Below are positions 1 through 12,818 of a DNA stretch of 64,000 nt, in pieces. The position numbers were made by a program, and so were the translations under genes. Below the pieces are notes generated by a model. That model had not been told where the DNA came from. It saw only the letters and a list, made by a program, of their open reading frames with translations, and searched no databases. This DNA comes from Eledone cirrhosa (lineage: Eukaryota). The stretch covers positions 33,108,001 through 33,172,000 of the forward strand of contig OZ024753.1 in NCBI GenBank assembly GCA_964016885.1, written 5' to 3'. Numbering within the stretch: position 1 is the first letter of the stretch; every line of letters begins with the position of its first letter.

Positions 1-264
1 GTTTATTGTCTATTTATCCATGCTTGCATGGGTTAGACGGATCATCCACACAAACACACAAATGCATATATGATGGGCTTCCACCCACTTTCCCTGTACT
101 AGTTGTAAGTCACAGGACCTTAGTCAACCCAAGGCTATACAACAGGATACTTGCCCAGAGATTCATGCAGTGGGATTGAACCTGAAAACAACTGGTTGTG
201 AAGTAAACACCTTCACCATCCAGCCATTCCTGTGCTAATATTGAGATAAGAATTATATGTAAAC

Positions 265-478
265 TTAACCCTTTACCATTTATATTACTCTATATTTACT
301 ATTATATTTTCATGGTAAACACTTTACCTCACATGATATCAAATCTATGAGATTTTGATATTATTTATGTTGAAAACAATACCTTATCATCAGTATGAAC
401 AGCCGGTTACAGCCGGTTTGAACAGAAAGGAGTGAGAATTCTGGCCGGATACAGCTGGTTTAAATGCTAAAGGGTTAA
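265..478. mobile_element. piggyBac-type MITE (~210 bp), family P1
   Basis: TTAA-CCCTTTAcCATTT ... AAATGCTAAAGGG-TTAA terminal inverted repeats with TTAA target sites; homologous copies at 36689 and 59850. Confidence 0.75.
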
Positions 479-739
479 TATTTGCCTATTTCCATCATTG
501 TATAAAATAGATGTCTTCATTCATAAAAAGACATATGGCAATGAATGGAATAGCTTTGCTTAGATATTGGTTTGATCAGGGCTTGTCAGATGACTAAATA
601 ACAACACAACGGCAATTTTGAATTAAAGCAATCCATTCAAAAGGAATGTTGTAGTTGATTTAAATTACTCCTCAACATATGTGTTATGTTATGTCTATTT
701 TTTCATGCTTGCAAGGGTCGAATGAAATCCAAAACTCAT

Positions 740-1050
740 ACTTGTTTCAGCAACCATATCTGTATCAGTGAGCTGCTCAACATTACCAAACTTAGACAAA
801 TTACATCAATTGTCAAGTCAAGAGTACTCAAACTATACAGCCATATAAAAAGATCAATTCATGGAGATCAATGCCTGAAAGGAAGGTCGGCTGGTAAAAG
901 AAGCAGAGGCTGGTAGCTGAAACAATGGCTTGACAATGTCAACTTATGGACTAGACTTGATCTTTGCTCTTTGAATTCAGCTGCTGGTGATTGAACTTTG
1001 TGGAGAGAGATATCACATGTTAATGCGCAGTCTGCAACTGGTGGAGTTTA
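740..1050 (+). mobile_element. Decayed RTE-clade LINE, ORF C-terminus
   Basis: Translation ITSIVKSRVLKLYSHIKR..LKGRSAGKRSRGW*LKQWLDNVNLWT..AAGD*TLWR resembles the RTE post-RT tail (L.Y.GHI.R..G.R.RGRP..W.D.V..W..A.DR..WR). Confidence 0.65.
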
Positions 1051-1690
1051 GCATCACAAGAGAAGTGACAGAATACATGAAATCAAGGAGGGCACATCAA
1101 CAGATCTTTGAATCAAACCCACGATTTTATGATTGAAAATCAACAACCTACCCTACCTGTCTCCAGCATATAGTCTAAAGTCTGTTTAAAGCCAGAAAGC
1201 TCATTAGGCCAGTGCTTGTTCTGGTTTCATGGGGTGAAGTGACAGAGTACAAGTCTCCCTGCTGGACAGGACACCAATCCATTGCATATAACGGATATTA
1301 ATTAGTTTCACTACAGGGATGAAACCCCAAGTTGGTGTAAGAGAAAAAATTAAAACTAAAATCAAAGAGTGAAAGATATCTGAACAGCTTAATGCAGGTG
1401 AAATAGACTACTACTTCTATTCTTCTCCTCCAATGTCTTCTTTTTAAAGAGGTTCTATATTACTAAACAATAAATTGACTGATTTTTGTCATGGAAAATA
1501 TTTTGTAGCCAATGAGCAGCTGTAGATAGGAATGACTTAGTACAATGAAAGCAAATTAAAGAAACATTGTGAGTGTCATTGTCATTGATAACAACAGCTG
1601 GGGATAAGATTGATATTATACACTTTAATTCTATTTATTAAGTTATGTGTGGGTCTTCGCATGCACACATTCACATATTTTTATAATGAG

Positions 1691-1914
1691 GGCGATGGAT
1701 AGGCAGTATCAGTAGAGTATTGGACAACATGTTGTATGGCATAGGATTATGGACCTATATGATCTGAGTTCAAATCCTGCTGAGAATAGCTTTGCTTGCC
1801 ATCTTTATGGTGCCAATAAAATAAAGTATCAGTAATGCACTGAGGTTGATTTAATCGACTTTCTCCTACCCAACAATTATTGGACTTGTGCCTAAATCAG
1901 AAACCATTATTATA
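1691..1914 (+). mobile_element. Old diverged copy of tRNA-derived SINE family S1
   Basis: A-box-like AGGCAGTATCAG, B-box GAGTTCAAATCC, degenerate central block, tail AGAAACCATTATTAT. Confidence 0.75.
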
Positions 1915-1950
1915 ACGTGTCTAGCCTCCATGTATGAGAATAAGATGTAC

Positions 1951-1988
<38 letters not shown>

Positions 1989-3198
1989 TGTGCGTGTGTA
2001 TATATATATATATATCTGTGTGCATATTACACACATGATATATTTATATATATTTTCACCTTGCTCTCTCTCTGTTTTTGTCTGTGCCTCTGAAAAATAC
2101 ACACACATACAGATTCCAATACCCACACATACAAAACAAGTGAATCTAGAGATCAAATCTGATTCAAAACTAAATCTTTAAAAATCTTGTGACATAGAAA
2201 TACACTCTACATCGACTATTGCATGCAATAGATGAACTAAGATTTTTCATTATATTTTATTTCTTTATTCATTAAAAGAAAAAGCCATACCTTAAAACTA
2301 ATAAAATTATCAACATTCCTTGTTGGGGATTTTTATATTTTTATAAACTTATATTTTTTTTAAGCATTTGTACTTTTTTTTATTATTTTCTAGCATACTC
2401 TAATTTTATTCTTTTCTTATTTTCTTTAGATAACCACTGTGTAAAAAATTCTAATTTTTCTTTTGAATCTATTTTTTAGATTATTTTTTTATATCTTTTT
2501 CTATTACGTGGAACATATACTCCACCTTTTATTTTTCTTCATCTTTTCTTTAGTTTTCAGACATTATTTTTATAGTTATCAGTTCTTGTCTAACATTTGC
2601 CTCTGCTATTATTATTATTATTATTGTTATTATTATTGTCATTATTATTTTCATTATTATCATTATTGTTATTATTATTTATAGAATTTGTCATCTTTCC
2701 TTATTACGAATTTTCAATCAATCAATACAGTATTATTTTTTTTCATTCCTATCTTTTAGTTTTGAATATTTAGTTTTATATTGTGTTATTCTTTTTTGTC
2801 AATAAGTTATTTTTATTTTTTATTTTAGGCAGGATATATGCAAAGAAATCGAATTCCATTTCAATAGTTGCATCATCCAAGTTGATCTCATTCTCTATTC
2901 CTCCTCTCAACACTTTAGCAGATGGTGAAACCCCCAACTTGTTCACAAATCCTGTTTATTGTTCTTTGTTTGTTACATCGCTATACTCTAATACTACTTT
3001 AAATTTCTTTCACTTCAAAGTCATCACACCTTTATTCCCATGCCCAGTAGTCTCAGTGGAATCTTTGCTTTTCCTTATTAGATTTGATCGCTCCAAAGTA
3101 GTAGTAGTAGTAGTAGTAGAAAGAAGAGACAGAGTAGAGTAGAAAAAGATATGACAGAAACATATGTCTGTGTGTGTCTCTGCGTGTAGAAAGTGGAG

Positions 3199-3470
3199 AT
3201 ACATAGCTAAGTGGTTAGATGCATTCAGCTCACAATTATAAGGTTGTGAGCTCGATTCCTGGCACCATGTTGTGTCCTTTAACAAAACACTTTATTTTCT
3301 GTTACTCCAGCACACTCAGCTAACAAAAATTAGTTGTACCCATATTTCAAAGTGCTGGCTTTGTCATGCACTGAGAACTACACTAAAGGTGTATGTTTCT
3401 ATGGAATACTCAGCCATTTGCACATTAATTTTGCAAGCAGGCTATTCCAATTTTTAAATAGCTGAACACA
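3199..3470 (+). mobile_element. Diverged CORE-type tRNA SINE
   Basis: TAGCTAAGTGGTTAG A box, GAGCTCGATTCC B box, CORE-like GTGTCCTTTAACAAAACACTTTATT..CTCCAGCACACTCAGCT; similar decayed copies at ~7838-8090, ~15553-15700 and ~18810-19260. Confidence 0.65.
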
Positions 3471-3535
3471 AATCATAGGAACTGGCAACATCTACATTGA
3501 AATAAAAAACATTTACATCTTCGAAATATCTGTTA

Positions 3536-4096
3536 TCATCATCATCATCACCGTTTTACGTCCGTTCTTCCATGCTAGCATGGGTTAGACGGGTTGTCCT
3601 GTTGTGGGCAGTGTATGGTCGGCTGACCATGACTTGCTCATACAGGAACTGATTTTGGCTTGATTTCTACAGCTGGATGCCCTTCCTAACACCAACCTCA
3701 TTTACAGTGAGTGCTGGGTGCTTTTTTTTCTGTGGCGCCTACACGTCCACTTTACAGTGTGGGCTGGGTGCTTTTTTGCCGTGGCACCTCCACGACCACT
3801 TTGCAGTGGGAGGGTGTGGGGGCATATTGTCTATATGATTCAGCTTGTACCCATGGGAGTGACGCCAGAGGTCATGGTCGTGTGTCATCGCCTTTCAGAG
3901 ATGTAATTGGGTAAGGTCGGCTTTTATCACCTCATCCCAGGTTTTCTTGGATCTCCCCACTCCGCGGTTTCCATTGACTTCTAGTGCTCTGCACCTTTTT
4001 ATGCAGCTGTCATCCTTCATACGTATCACATGCCCATACCAACGCAACCGCCTCTCCTGCACACAGCATTTGATTCCTCTTATGCTCAGTCTCTCA
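3536..4096 (-). mobile_element. 5'-truncated RTE LINE (ORF C-terminus, 3'UTR, (GAT)n tail)
   Basis: Minus strand encodes ERLSIRGIKCCVQERRLRWYGHVIRMKDDSCIKRCRALEVNGNRGVGRSKKTWDEVIKADL, closely matching ORF 32131-32748; 3'UTR shares GGTTGGTGTTAGGAAGGGCATCCA and the GAT tail. Confidence 0.9.
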
Positions 4097-4097
4097 A

Positions 4098-4292
4098 ATA
4101 ATAATAATTGTTTCTACTTTTGGCACAAGACCAGCAATTACCCAGTGCATTACTGGTACTTTATTTTATCGATCCCGTAAGGATGAAAGGCAAAGTTAAC
4201 CTCGGCGGGATTTGAACACAGAATGGCAAGGGCCGTAACTATGCGTCAATGCATGGCGCCTGACCTTCTACCAACACTGCCAATCCACCGCC
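4098..4292 (-). mobile_element. Full-length tRNA-derived SINE S1
   Basis: Minus strand: GGCGGTGGATTGGCAGTGTTGG A box, GTGTTCAAATCC B box, TTTGCCTTTCATCCTTACGGGATCGATAAAATAAAGTACCAG body, AGTAGAAACA(ATT)n tail; more than 10 copies in the window. Confidence 0.9.
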
Positions 4293-4571
4293 TGTTATAA
4301 TGATAATAATGACAGCCACGATAATGATTCTCTCTCTCTCTCTCTTTCAATATCTTTGTAGAGGGATATTTTACACAAAATAACAGAATTTATGTAATCT
4401 TTCATATTGTTATAATGAATATTTAATGTTTACAGTCTTCTATATCATATTGTATTCTAAATATTCCTCAAAAATATTCTGTAACAGGCTCTTGCTGTTT
4501 GTGTGTGTGTGCATATATATATGTATTCATACACCACTCATAGCTTTATATATACACATTACATATATATA

Positions 4572-4907
4572 CATCATCATTTCATTTTACGTCCGCTTTT
4601 CCCTGCTTGCAAGGGTGGGACGGGAACTGATTCTGGCTTGATTTCTACAGCTGGATGCCCTTCCTAACGCCAACCTCATTTACAGTGAGTGCTGGGTGCT
4701 TTTTTGCCGTGGCACCTCCACGTCCACTTTACAGTGGAATTATAGGGACCCCAGTCCCTATCATCTCATTTCTACAGCTGAGTAAACTGGAGCAATGTGA
4801 AATAAAGTGTCTTGCTCAAGGAAACAACACCACCCGATCTGAGAATTGAACTCACAACCTTTCGATTGCAAGGCCAATGCTCTAACCACTAAGCCATGTG
4901 CCTCCAT
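4572..4907 (-). mobile_element. CORE-type tRNA SINE S2 with RTE-derived 3' tail
   Basis: Head TGGCTTAGTGGTTAGAGC..GAGTTCAATTC; CORE-like TCCTTGAGCAAGACACTTTATT..CTCAGCTGTAGAAATGAG; 3' part matches RTE 3'UTR at 32970-33143; near-identical copies at 7454, 11313 and 63965. Confidence 0.9.
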
Positions 4908-4929
4908 ACATGTGTGTATGTATATATAT

Positions 4930-5132
4930 ATAACAAAGGAAATGTGGTAAGGAACCAGATGGACCATAACGCACCAAAGTACTCAATACTTAGGGTAGTA
5001 GAGTGGGTAATAGGAACGAGTGAGTAGGACCCCGACGGCTGAGCTCAAGCCATTTCGACGGCTAATTCTAACACTGAGTCAAGAATTAGCTGTTGAAACG
5101 GCTTGAGCTCAGCCGTCGGGGTCCTATTCGTT

Positions 5133-5136
<4 letters not shown>
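4930..5136 (-). mobile_element. Short fold-back Penelope-like terminal fragment, family A
   Basis: Homologous to the 3' end (50790-50925) of the Penelope-like element; ~55-bp inverted arms around 5070-5080; flanked by (TA)n. Confidence 0.8.
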
Positions 5137-5176
<40 letters not shown>

Positions 5177-5178
<2 letters not shown>

Positions 5179-5328
5179 GTCTGTGGTATGAAGATCAGAA
5201 AGTCCATAAATAATAGTACTCAATACAGGATATGATGCAGAATGGGTATATTAGTGAGGTAGAGGATTGACTGCAGGCTGAGCCAAAACTGCCTGAGCTC
5301 ATAGTTGATGATTAACCTCACTAATATA
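5177..5328 (-). mobile_element. Degenerate family-A-like fold-back fragment
   Basis: GTGGTA..CCATAA..AGTACTCAATAC motif plus inverted pair TATATTAGTGAGGT/ACCTCACTAATATA. Confidence 0.5.
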
Positions 5329-5703
5329 TATAATCATGGAGAAGCTCATATCATCATCATAATCGTTTAACATCCATCTTCCACACTAGCATGGTTAGAC
5401 TCATATGTAATGAAATCACTTTGTCAATTAAATAACCATGCGGTTGTAAACTAACAAAAGAATGTACTAGTTACCTTCTGAAAAATAAAACAAAATTAAA
5501 TTAACTGGTGCATATGCTTTCATTGGTAGCATGACCCTCCCAAAGTATGACAATTTATCTCCTCATTGTCGTTTTCTATGCGAGCATGGGATGGATGGGA
5601 TGTTTCAGAATGTTTTACAGCTGGATACCCTTCCTGATGCCAAACCTGTTAGTTGGCTCTTATTTTAAGCAGGGATACGGTGTACCTATTCTAAAATCGT
5701 GAT

Positions 5704-5743
<40 letters not shown>

Positions 5744-5961
5744 GAACAAAGCGGCGATGTTACATAGGAGATTTTATTGCTCAATCCTGGTTACAAATGT
5801 TTCTCAAGCAGCTGGCTTGTGATCTGGGATGGCATCCCCAGACCAGACTCCAAGTCTGCCTGATTCTCAGACCAGTTTTAACACAAAAAACACCAGTTTT
5901 CTTCAGATTTACTGAACTTTCTGTATATATATATTTATATATATTTCATCCTCTGTATACT

Positions 5962-6258
5962 GAGGATGAAATATACAAAAGTGACACAGAGGAGACTGAG
6001 GTTAGTTGGACATGCTCACCGACATCCAGAGTTGACATTGCACTCAGTGCTCCTGTGGGAGCCCCTACATGGACACACTAGAAGAGGAAGACCAAGGTTA
6101 ATGTATGTCGATGCCCTAAGGACAGACACTGGTCTGTTGGAGATGCAGGACATGGCAGCGATAATGAGGGACAGAAACCGCTGGAGAGAACTCGTTAATG
6201 GATCTCTGGAATTTTACCCGCCTTAGATATAAAGATATATATATATATGATGATGATG
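5962..6258 (+). mobile_element. 5'-truncated RTE-clade LINE of a second family
   Basis: ORF 5966-6226 RRLRLVGHAHRHPEL..LLWEPLHG..RRGRPRLMYVDALRTDTG..MRDRNRWR; (GAT)n tail nearby. Confidence 0.85.
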
Positions 6259-6497
6259 AAAGAGAGACCTAAACTATAGATACTTTCAATCTCTTTTTAA
6301 ATGAAAAATGTGTGTATAACTGTTTTCTTTATGTTGTTTTCTTTTGTTTTCTTTTGTTCTATATATTAGAATTTTATTCAGGAAAAATAATATCTTAAGA
6401 TCTATTAATTTCTACTTTTTCTAATTCATCTGGACAGATTTTAATTTTCATTACAAAATATAATTGAAGAAATACACACACACTCATATATATATAT

Positions 6498-6506
<9 letters not shown>

Positions 6507-6575
<69 letters not shown>

Positions 6576-6690
6576 GAGATGTAGAGAGAGAGAGATGTAG
6601 AGAGAGAGAGAGATGTAGAGAGAGAGAGAGATGTAGAGAGAGAGAGGTAGAGAGAGAGAGGTAGAGAGAGAGAGGTAGAGAGAGAGAGAA
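6507..6690. repeat. (GA)n microsatellite with GTA/ATGTA interruptions
   Basis: Direct reading. Confidence 0.95.
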
Positions 6691-7200
6691 GATATATTAC
6701 ATTTTTGAAATATAAATAGTATGTTACATCTACGTTTGTTCTAATAATGGCTTAAAATCTCTGATATTAAAATAAAATAACTGTCCTCTTAAAATACTTT
6801 CACTAAAATTTTGTAAAGGAGTTTAAAAAGCTTTTTTCCCACTTCTTAAATAAGATTTATGTATGTATATATTTGTATATTTTGTGGTGTACATTTTAAT
6901 TTATAAAAATATTTCTTAACAAAAACAAAATGTCATATTTGATATAATTTCTTGTCATTTTACTTTATCAAAACCTTTTCTTCTACTCAAAAATAATACT
7001 AATATTAAAAAATATCAATTAAAAATTTCAAACATGATAAATAAATTTAGAAATCACTTTTCACCAGACACCTTTCACCGTCACCACAGTGGTGTTGGTA
7101 TATCATTATACATTATATTTATTAATATGAAAATATATATATAATATATATACATATATGTGTGTGTGTATACATATATATATGGGTGTGTGTGTGTATA

Positions 7201-7284
7201 ATGATAATTGTTTCTACTTTTGACACAAGGCCAGCAATTATTTTATCGACCCCATAAGGATGAAAGGCAAAGTTAACCTCGGCG
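7201..7284 (-). mobile_element. Truncated SINE S1 with internal deletion
   Basis: ATAATTGTTTCTACTTTTGACACAAGGCCAGC..TCGACCCCATAAGGATGAAAGGCAAAGTTAACCTCGGCG. Confidence 0.85.
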
Positions 7285-7453
7285 ATAATAATAATGAGTA
7301 AGACTGAGGTATTAATATAACATCATTATCTTTATTTGCATATTGCGTGATCAATCAGCTCAAGGAACAATCGGTTCGTGTCCGGCCCTGAAATCGATAG
7401 TTCATCAAACTTGTTGATTCCTTTATCATGTTATATATATATACACACACACA

Positions 7454-7792
7454 CATCATCATCATCATTTTACGTCCGCTTTCCCCTGCTTGCAAGGGTG
7501 GGACGGGAACTGATTCTGGCTTGATTTCTACAGCTGGATGCCCTTCCTAACACCAACCTCATTTGCAGTGAGTGCTGGGTGCTTTTTTGCCGTGGTGCCT
7601 ACACTTCCACTTTGCAGTGGAATGATTGTGACCCCAGTCCCTATCATCTCAGTTCTACAGTTGAGTAAACTGGAGCAATGTGAAATAAAGTGTCTTGCTC
7701 AAGGAAACAACACATCACCTGGTCTGAGAATTGAACTCACAACCTTTCGATTGCAAGGCCAATGCTCTAATCACTAAGCCATGTGCCTCCAT
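7454..7792 (-). mobile_element. CORE-type SINE S2
   Basis: Near-identical to 4572-4907. Confidence 0.9.
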
Positions 7793-8982
7793 ATATATAT
7801 ATATATATATACTTATATATATATATATATATGTGTTTGAAAGCTCATGGCCTAATGTTTAGGGTACTTGATGTCATTGATTCAATTCCTGGCAAGCTGC
7901 TGTGTTGTGTTCTTGAGCAAAACACTTTATTTCACATCCTCTAGTATACCCGCTGAGATGAGTACCAGCAGTAGCTGGAAAGTTAATCCTGCAATAGACA
8001 CGCATCCTATCCAGGTCGATTCTTGTATTCTCAGCTGCTTATAACCAAGGAAACAGAGGATAACCACTGGCCAGCTGAGCCTTCGACTTAGAACATGTGT
8101 GCATGTATGTATATCTATATATATATAGATATATATATCACCTTGTACCAAGTTAATGTGCCTCTGGAGGAGAAAACTATGGGCATTACAATAAAATATG
8201 CAGAGTTTTATCTATCTCCACTATAGAGAAAAAGACTACAATAAAATAGAACAGTGTTGTAGTTAGCTTGAAGCAATGTGGAATTTGTTGTCTTAGTTCC
8301 TTAAATTCTTTTGACAAGGCTCTTCCCCACACCCAGTATATAACAAGGATCATTTAAATATTTCCAAGGTAACATTTGAACACCATCTTCTATTTGCTTT
8401 GCTGTAGCCTTCTAAAAATTGCTTCCTATAATAAAATATATAAATATTTCAACAAGTATAAAATTACACTTCTACACCTGCAAAGTAGATATTCTAGTTT
8501 GAGGGTGGATTTCATTCCAATATTTTTTACCGTAGATGATGATAGTATTCCATACCATTTCATGAATAGCAAGTTTATTTTATTTTCATTCTAACTATCT
8601 GTCAAGTGGTTTTCATAATATTCATATCTTCACAATGTTTTTTAGGGAAAATATTTCCTGTAAACAGGTTCCACCCAAACTTTACATTAAAGTCTAAGAG
8701 AGCTGTACAATAGTTTTTCTATGACCATCCAACAATTCACACATTTCCATAAATTCAAAATTCATTTTAGCAAATCGACTTATTTTGACAAGTTTCAAAT
8801 TTTCAGCACAATGTTGTTAGCACATCTCTTTCTCTCTCCTATATATCTATTGCTTATAAATATCTATTATATATATATATATATTTATTTTTATTTGTCG
8901 TTTTTCCTCCTTTTCCTCCCCCCCCCTTTTTTTCTAAATGTCTCTCCCCTAGACACCCTCGGAACTCTCTTCCCACACACTT

Positions 8983-9020
8983 TTCACTTGAAGAAGGGCT
9001 TATGCTCGAAACGTCGATCA
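8983..9020 (+). ncRNA. Minimal hammerhead-like motif (family E), probably in a Penelope-like terminal repeat remnant
   Basis: TTGAAGA-a-GGGC-ttat-GCTC-GAAAC-GTC; palindromic ACGT stem III; AATAAA ~40 nt downstream; stem I is poor. Confidence 0.55.
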
Positions 9021-9574
9021 CCCCCCCCCCCCCTCTCAAGAGTGTGAAACTAATAAACCTTTGTTTGTACTGCCTCTCTGTTTTGTTCCCGTTCCATTTT
9101 TCACTATATATATATGCATACATAAAAACAAACATTATGTATACATACCCACTTTATTGGACTCATATGAATTACTGAGCGAATAAAATGAATATGAGTG
9201 GTGTTCTCATGCACTGAGATGCTAAAAGTAGCTTATAAATAGGCTGATGGTAACTTCTTTTTCTATTTTTAGGGGTCTTCACCCTATTTTATAATCTATT
9301 GTATAGCATCTCTGTGCATGAGCAAACCACTCTTTATATATTTAGATATATTCTACACCCACAAAAGATAATAAGGCACATGCCTTGGAAACACAGATGT
9401 ACTCCGACTGGTAGCACAGAAGGAACTCACATGAAACAGTTGGAAACATACAACTACAATAATATAGCAAAGATACAGAATATAAATAAAAAGATAAAGA
9501 ATTTGCAAATACAATGAAAGCAAATAGAACAAAAATAGAAATGAGTATATATTCAAGCTATAAATATTGAAACA

Positions 9575-9688
9575 TACTTCATATAAAGACATACAATAGA
9601 ACAGTTGTTGTTCAATGTAATAAGAAGACAAAGCAATAACAACACTCCAGCTAGCATTCCTATAGAATATCGACCAAGAAACACAGAA
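9575..9688. repeat. Unclassified ~115-bp dispersed repeat
   Basis: ATACTTCATATA..GCTAGCATTCCTATAGAATATCGACCAAGAAACACAGA recurs at ~12985-13098. Confidence 0.8.
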
Positions 9689-10594
9689 CTATACTAACAG
9701 TAATACAAACATTATTGAATTTGAGAAGAAAGATCTAAGGTTAGAAAGTTCTAAAGCTAGAAATTTTGACTATGACGATAGGCTAGTCTAAAGGTGAAAG
9801 TAGTTAAAGAATTAGAGTAAAAAAACTATCATTCTTCTTTTGTGACACTGGCAGGTAATCCCAAAGATGAAATTTTATGATAAAATATTAACACTGATTA
9901 TCAAGGAAGACGCTAACATCATAGTGGTTCGAAGAACATTTTTCAGGATAATATGTATTCCTTTGCTATTTTATTTTACAAGACTACTACAAAGTATTTG
10001 TATGAGTTGCTGAAATATATTACTTATAATGTAGAAAACTTGCAAGCAACGGGTCAGGTGGACTCGTTATTTGTGCCATAGACATGACAACCTCCATAGT
10101 GTTGGTGTTCTACCCAATAAACACACCCAATACACTCTGTAAAGTAAATCGTAATAGGATGGGTATTGTGCTATATAAAATCTGCCACGCAAAATGTCTG
10201 GAGGACTCTTCAACTGTAGCAAGTACATGACAACTTCCCTTGTGTTGGTTTCATGATAAAATGCACACGGCAGAGAGTATGATTGTAATGTCAGGCTCTT
10301 GATCCATCTGGAGGTCAGTGGCACTTACCCAAGGTGCCATACAGTAGGACTGAATCGATATCCACGTGGTTATGAAGCAAACTCGTTAACAACACAGCCA
10401 TGCCCATAGCTATTGTAAAGATGTTTTCTTTTTCTTATCAGTAAGATTCGTTATGGACATCATAAATCAACTAATCTATGTAGCAGCAACTGCATCAATC
10501 AATGAAATGTGGGTATTTTCTCAAACTGCCTCATATAGAAAAAATATCTACACTCAAGCAAGCATACATATTCCAATCAATACTATATATATAG

Positions 10595-10777
10595 ATAATT
10601 GTTTCTACTTTAGGCACAAGGCCAGCAATTACCCAGTACATTACTGGTACTTTATTTTATCGACCCCGTAAGGATGAAAGGCAAAGTTAACCTCGGCAGG
10701 ATTTGAACTCAGACTGTAAAGGGACGTAACTATGCTAGAAAGCATGGCGTCCAACCTTCTACTAATACTGCCAATTC
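10595..10777 (-). mobile_element. SINE S1
   Basis: Matches family consensus. Confidence 0.9.
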
Positions 10778-11211
10778 ATGAAAATAGAAGAAAAATCTAC
10801 AATGAAAGTGCAAATGTGAAAACAAGAATGCTAGATATTAGAAAACATTACAAAAAATAACTAAAATGTTGTACCCAACATGAAAAAACACCTATAAGAA
10901 GAAATTGCTAATAAATCATGAAGAATTCAGTGTTTTGAAAAGTGATAAGAATTCTTTGAATAAGGCAAACAGCTGTCTATGACAAAAACTGATTTTACTA
11001 TGGACTAAATAGAAATACAATAGAAACCAATGCAGTAACATCAAAGGCAAAAATTTGTTTGAGGAATATATACAGTTCATCTGAAAGCAAACCATTTGAA
11101 ACCCACAGGAGAATAATCTTGATATTAGAAAATATAACACAGGAAACTATCTTTAAGTTAAATAATACCTTAACATTGCCTAAAAGTGATGTATACAAAC
11201 ATATGTATATA

Positions 11212-11298
11212 CAGGGTGTATACACACTTTGATTACCTGTACAGACAATATTTATTAGAATTCTATAGAAGTGTGTATACATTTTTAGGGACACCCTG
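11212..11298. mobile_element. Tc1/mariner-type MITE
   Basis: TA-CAGGGTGT...ACACCCTG termini; homologous to 46854-46950. Confidence 0.75.
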
Positions 11299-11312
11299 TG
11301 TATATATATATA

Positions 11313-11643
11313 TCATCATTTCATTTTACGTCCGCTTTTTCCCTGCTTGCAAGGGTGGAACCTGATGCTGGCTTGATTTCTACAGCTGGATGCCCTTCCT
11401 AACACCAACCTCATTTACAGTGAGTGGTGGGTGCTTTTTTGCCGTGGCACCTCCACGACCACTTTGTAGTGGAATGATATGGACCCCAGTCCCTATCATC
11501 TGATTTCTACAGCTGAGTAAACTGGAGCAATGTGAAATAAAGTGTCTTGCTCAAGGAAACAACACATCACCCGGTCTGAGGATTGAACTCACAATCTTTC
11601 GATTGCAAGGCCAATGCTCTAACCACTAAGCCATGTGCCTCCG
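11313..11643 (-). mobile_element. CORE-type SINE S2
   Basis: Near-identical to 4572-4907. Confidence 0.9.
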
Positions 11644-11689
<46 letters not shown>

Positions 11690-11705
11690 TATATATATTA
11701 TACTA

Positions 11706-12452
11706 TGGAACGGTCATGCTGCCAACAAAAACGCATGCGTCTGTTGGTTTTCACTTCAATTTATTCTAAATTTCCAGTTGGTTAGTTTAATAACCAGATG
11801 GTTATTGATTTGTTCATTATCAAAGCTTTCATCACACATTTTACGACCTCATCAGTAACTATTTTTTTACTTTGTGTCTCAAGATAGTGGAGGAGAAAAC
11901 AAAGGAGAGACACGGAATGTGTGACGAAAGAACTTTGACAAACAAATAAACAATCATCCGGTTATTAAACCAACCAACTGAAAATTTTTAATAAATAGAA
12001 GTGAAAATCAACTGGTGTTGTCAATATTTTGTCAACAAATCATATTCTACTATTTTATAAATGTGTCCATTTATAACATAGTAGAATATGATTTGAAGCA
12101 TATTTGACAGCTAACTTTAGAAAATCAAGTGACTGTTTAATGGCCTCCCGCTTCCTTTTAAGTGTTTACCACAGGATTCAAAACTTTAAGCAATTTGAAA
12201 TTGAGGAATATTTTGTAATCTTTTTCCTACTGACTTCAATTTTACCCGTGAGAATGAATGAAAAATATAGGAACTACCTCAACTTCATTAGAAGTTGAGG
12301 TAGTTCCTATATTTTTTAGTTCAGATAAATACAAAATAAAACCTTGCAAAAACCTAAGTTTCATTGGCAGCATGACCCTCCCAAAGTATAAAAATATCTG
12401 TTTCAACACACGTTTTCAGATAAGAAATCTTGTAAAACAAATACAAAAACGG
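11706..12452. mobile_element. Fold-back hammerhead-bearing element, family C, interrupted by an insertion at 12019-12358
   Basis: Inverted arms ~11743-11845 and ~11914-12012; minus-strand CTGATGA-g-GTCGTAAAATGTGTGAT-GAAAG at 11821-11860; homologous to 25241-25560 and 5495-5560. Confidence 0.7.
12019..12358. repeat. Unclassified hairpin-rich ~300-bp repeat, copy 1
   Basis: Near-identical to 14669-14959; perfect 26-bp-arm palindrome at 12261-12316; second hairpin centred near 12065. Confidence 0.85.
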
Positions 12453-12619
12453 GGTCAGCACTATGTGTCAATAATTGTCACAAGTGTAGTGTTTGTACCA
12501 AAGTTTTCAAGTTGCTGGCTGGACTAAAAAGTCACTTGTTCAGTGCATCGGTAGGGGTTCTCCTACATGGATATAAAGTAGTGGCCGTACTCGAAAACGA
12601 GTTGGCAGCCACCATATAT

Positions 12620-12818
12620 ATAACAAATATGGTGTGGTAAGATACCAGGTGGACCATAACACACCAGAGTACTTGATACTCGGTGTACTTGAGTGGGTAA
12701 TATGAAAATATTCAAGTCCCCGATGGTTGAGCTCCAGCCCTTTTGACAGCTAGATCCGAACTGTTCATATCTAGCTGTCGAAATGGCCAGAGCTCAGCTG
12801 TCGGGGTCCTGAATCTTT
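12620..12818 (-). mobile_element. Family-A fold-back Penelope-like fragment
   Basis: GTGGTAAG..GGACCATAAC..CCAGAGTACTTGATAC motif; inverted arms centred on GACAGCTAGAT..ATCTAGCTGTC. Confidence 0.8.

Noticed and set aside
4830-4907. tRNA gene-like sequences (A/B boxes) here and in other SINE heads
   Set aside because: They run into SINE bodies and lack a complete acceptor stem, so they are SINE heads rather than tRNA genes
12291-12316. let-7-like seed TGAGGTAG in a hairpin arm
   Set aside because: The rest of the sequence does not match let-7; the hairpin is perfect with a 4-nt loop and lies in a duplicated repeat, unlike a pre-miRNA
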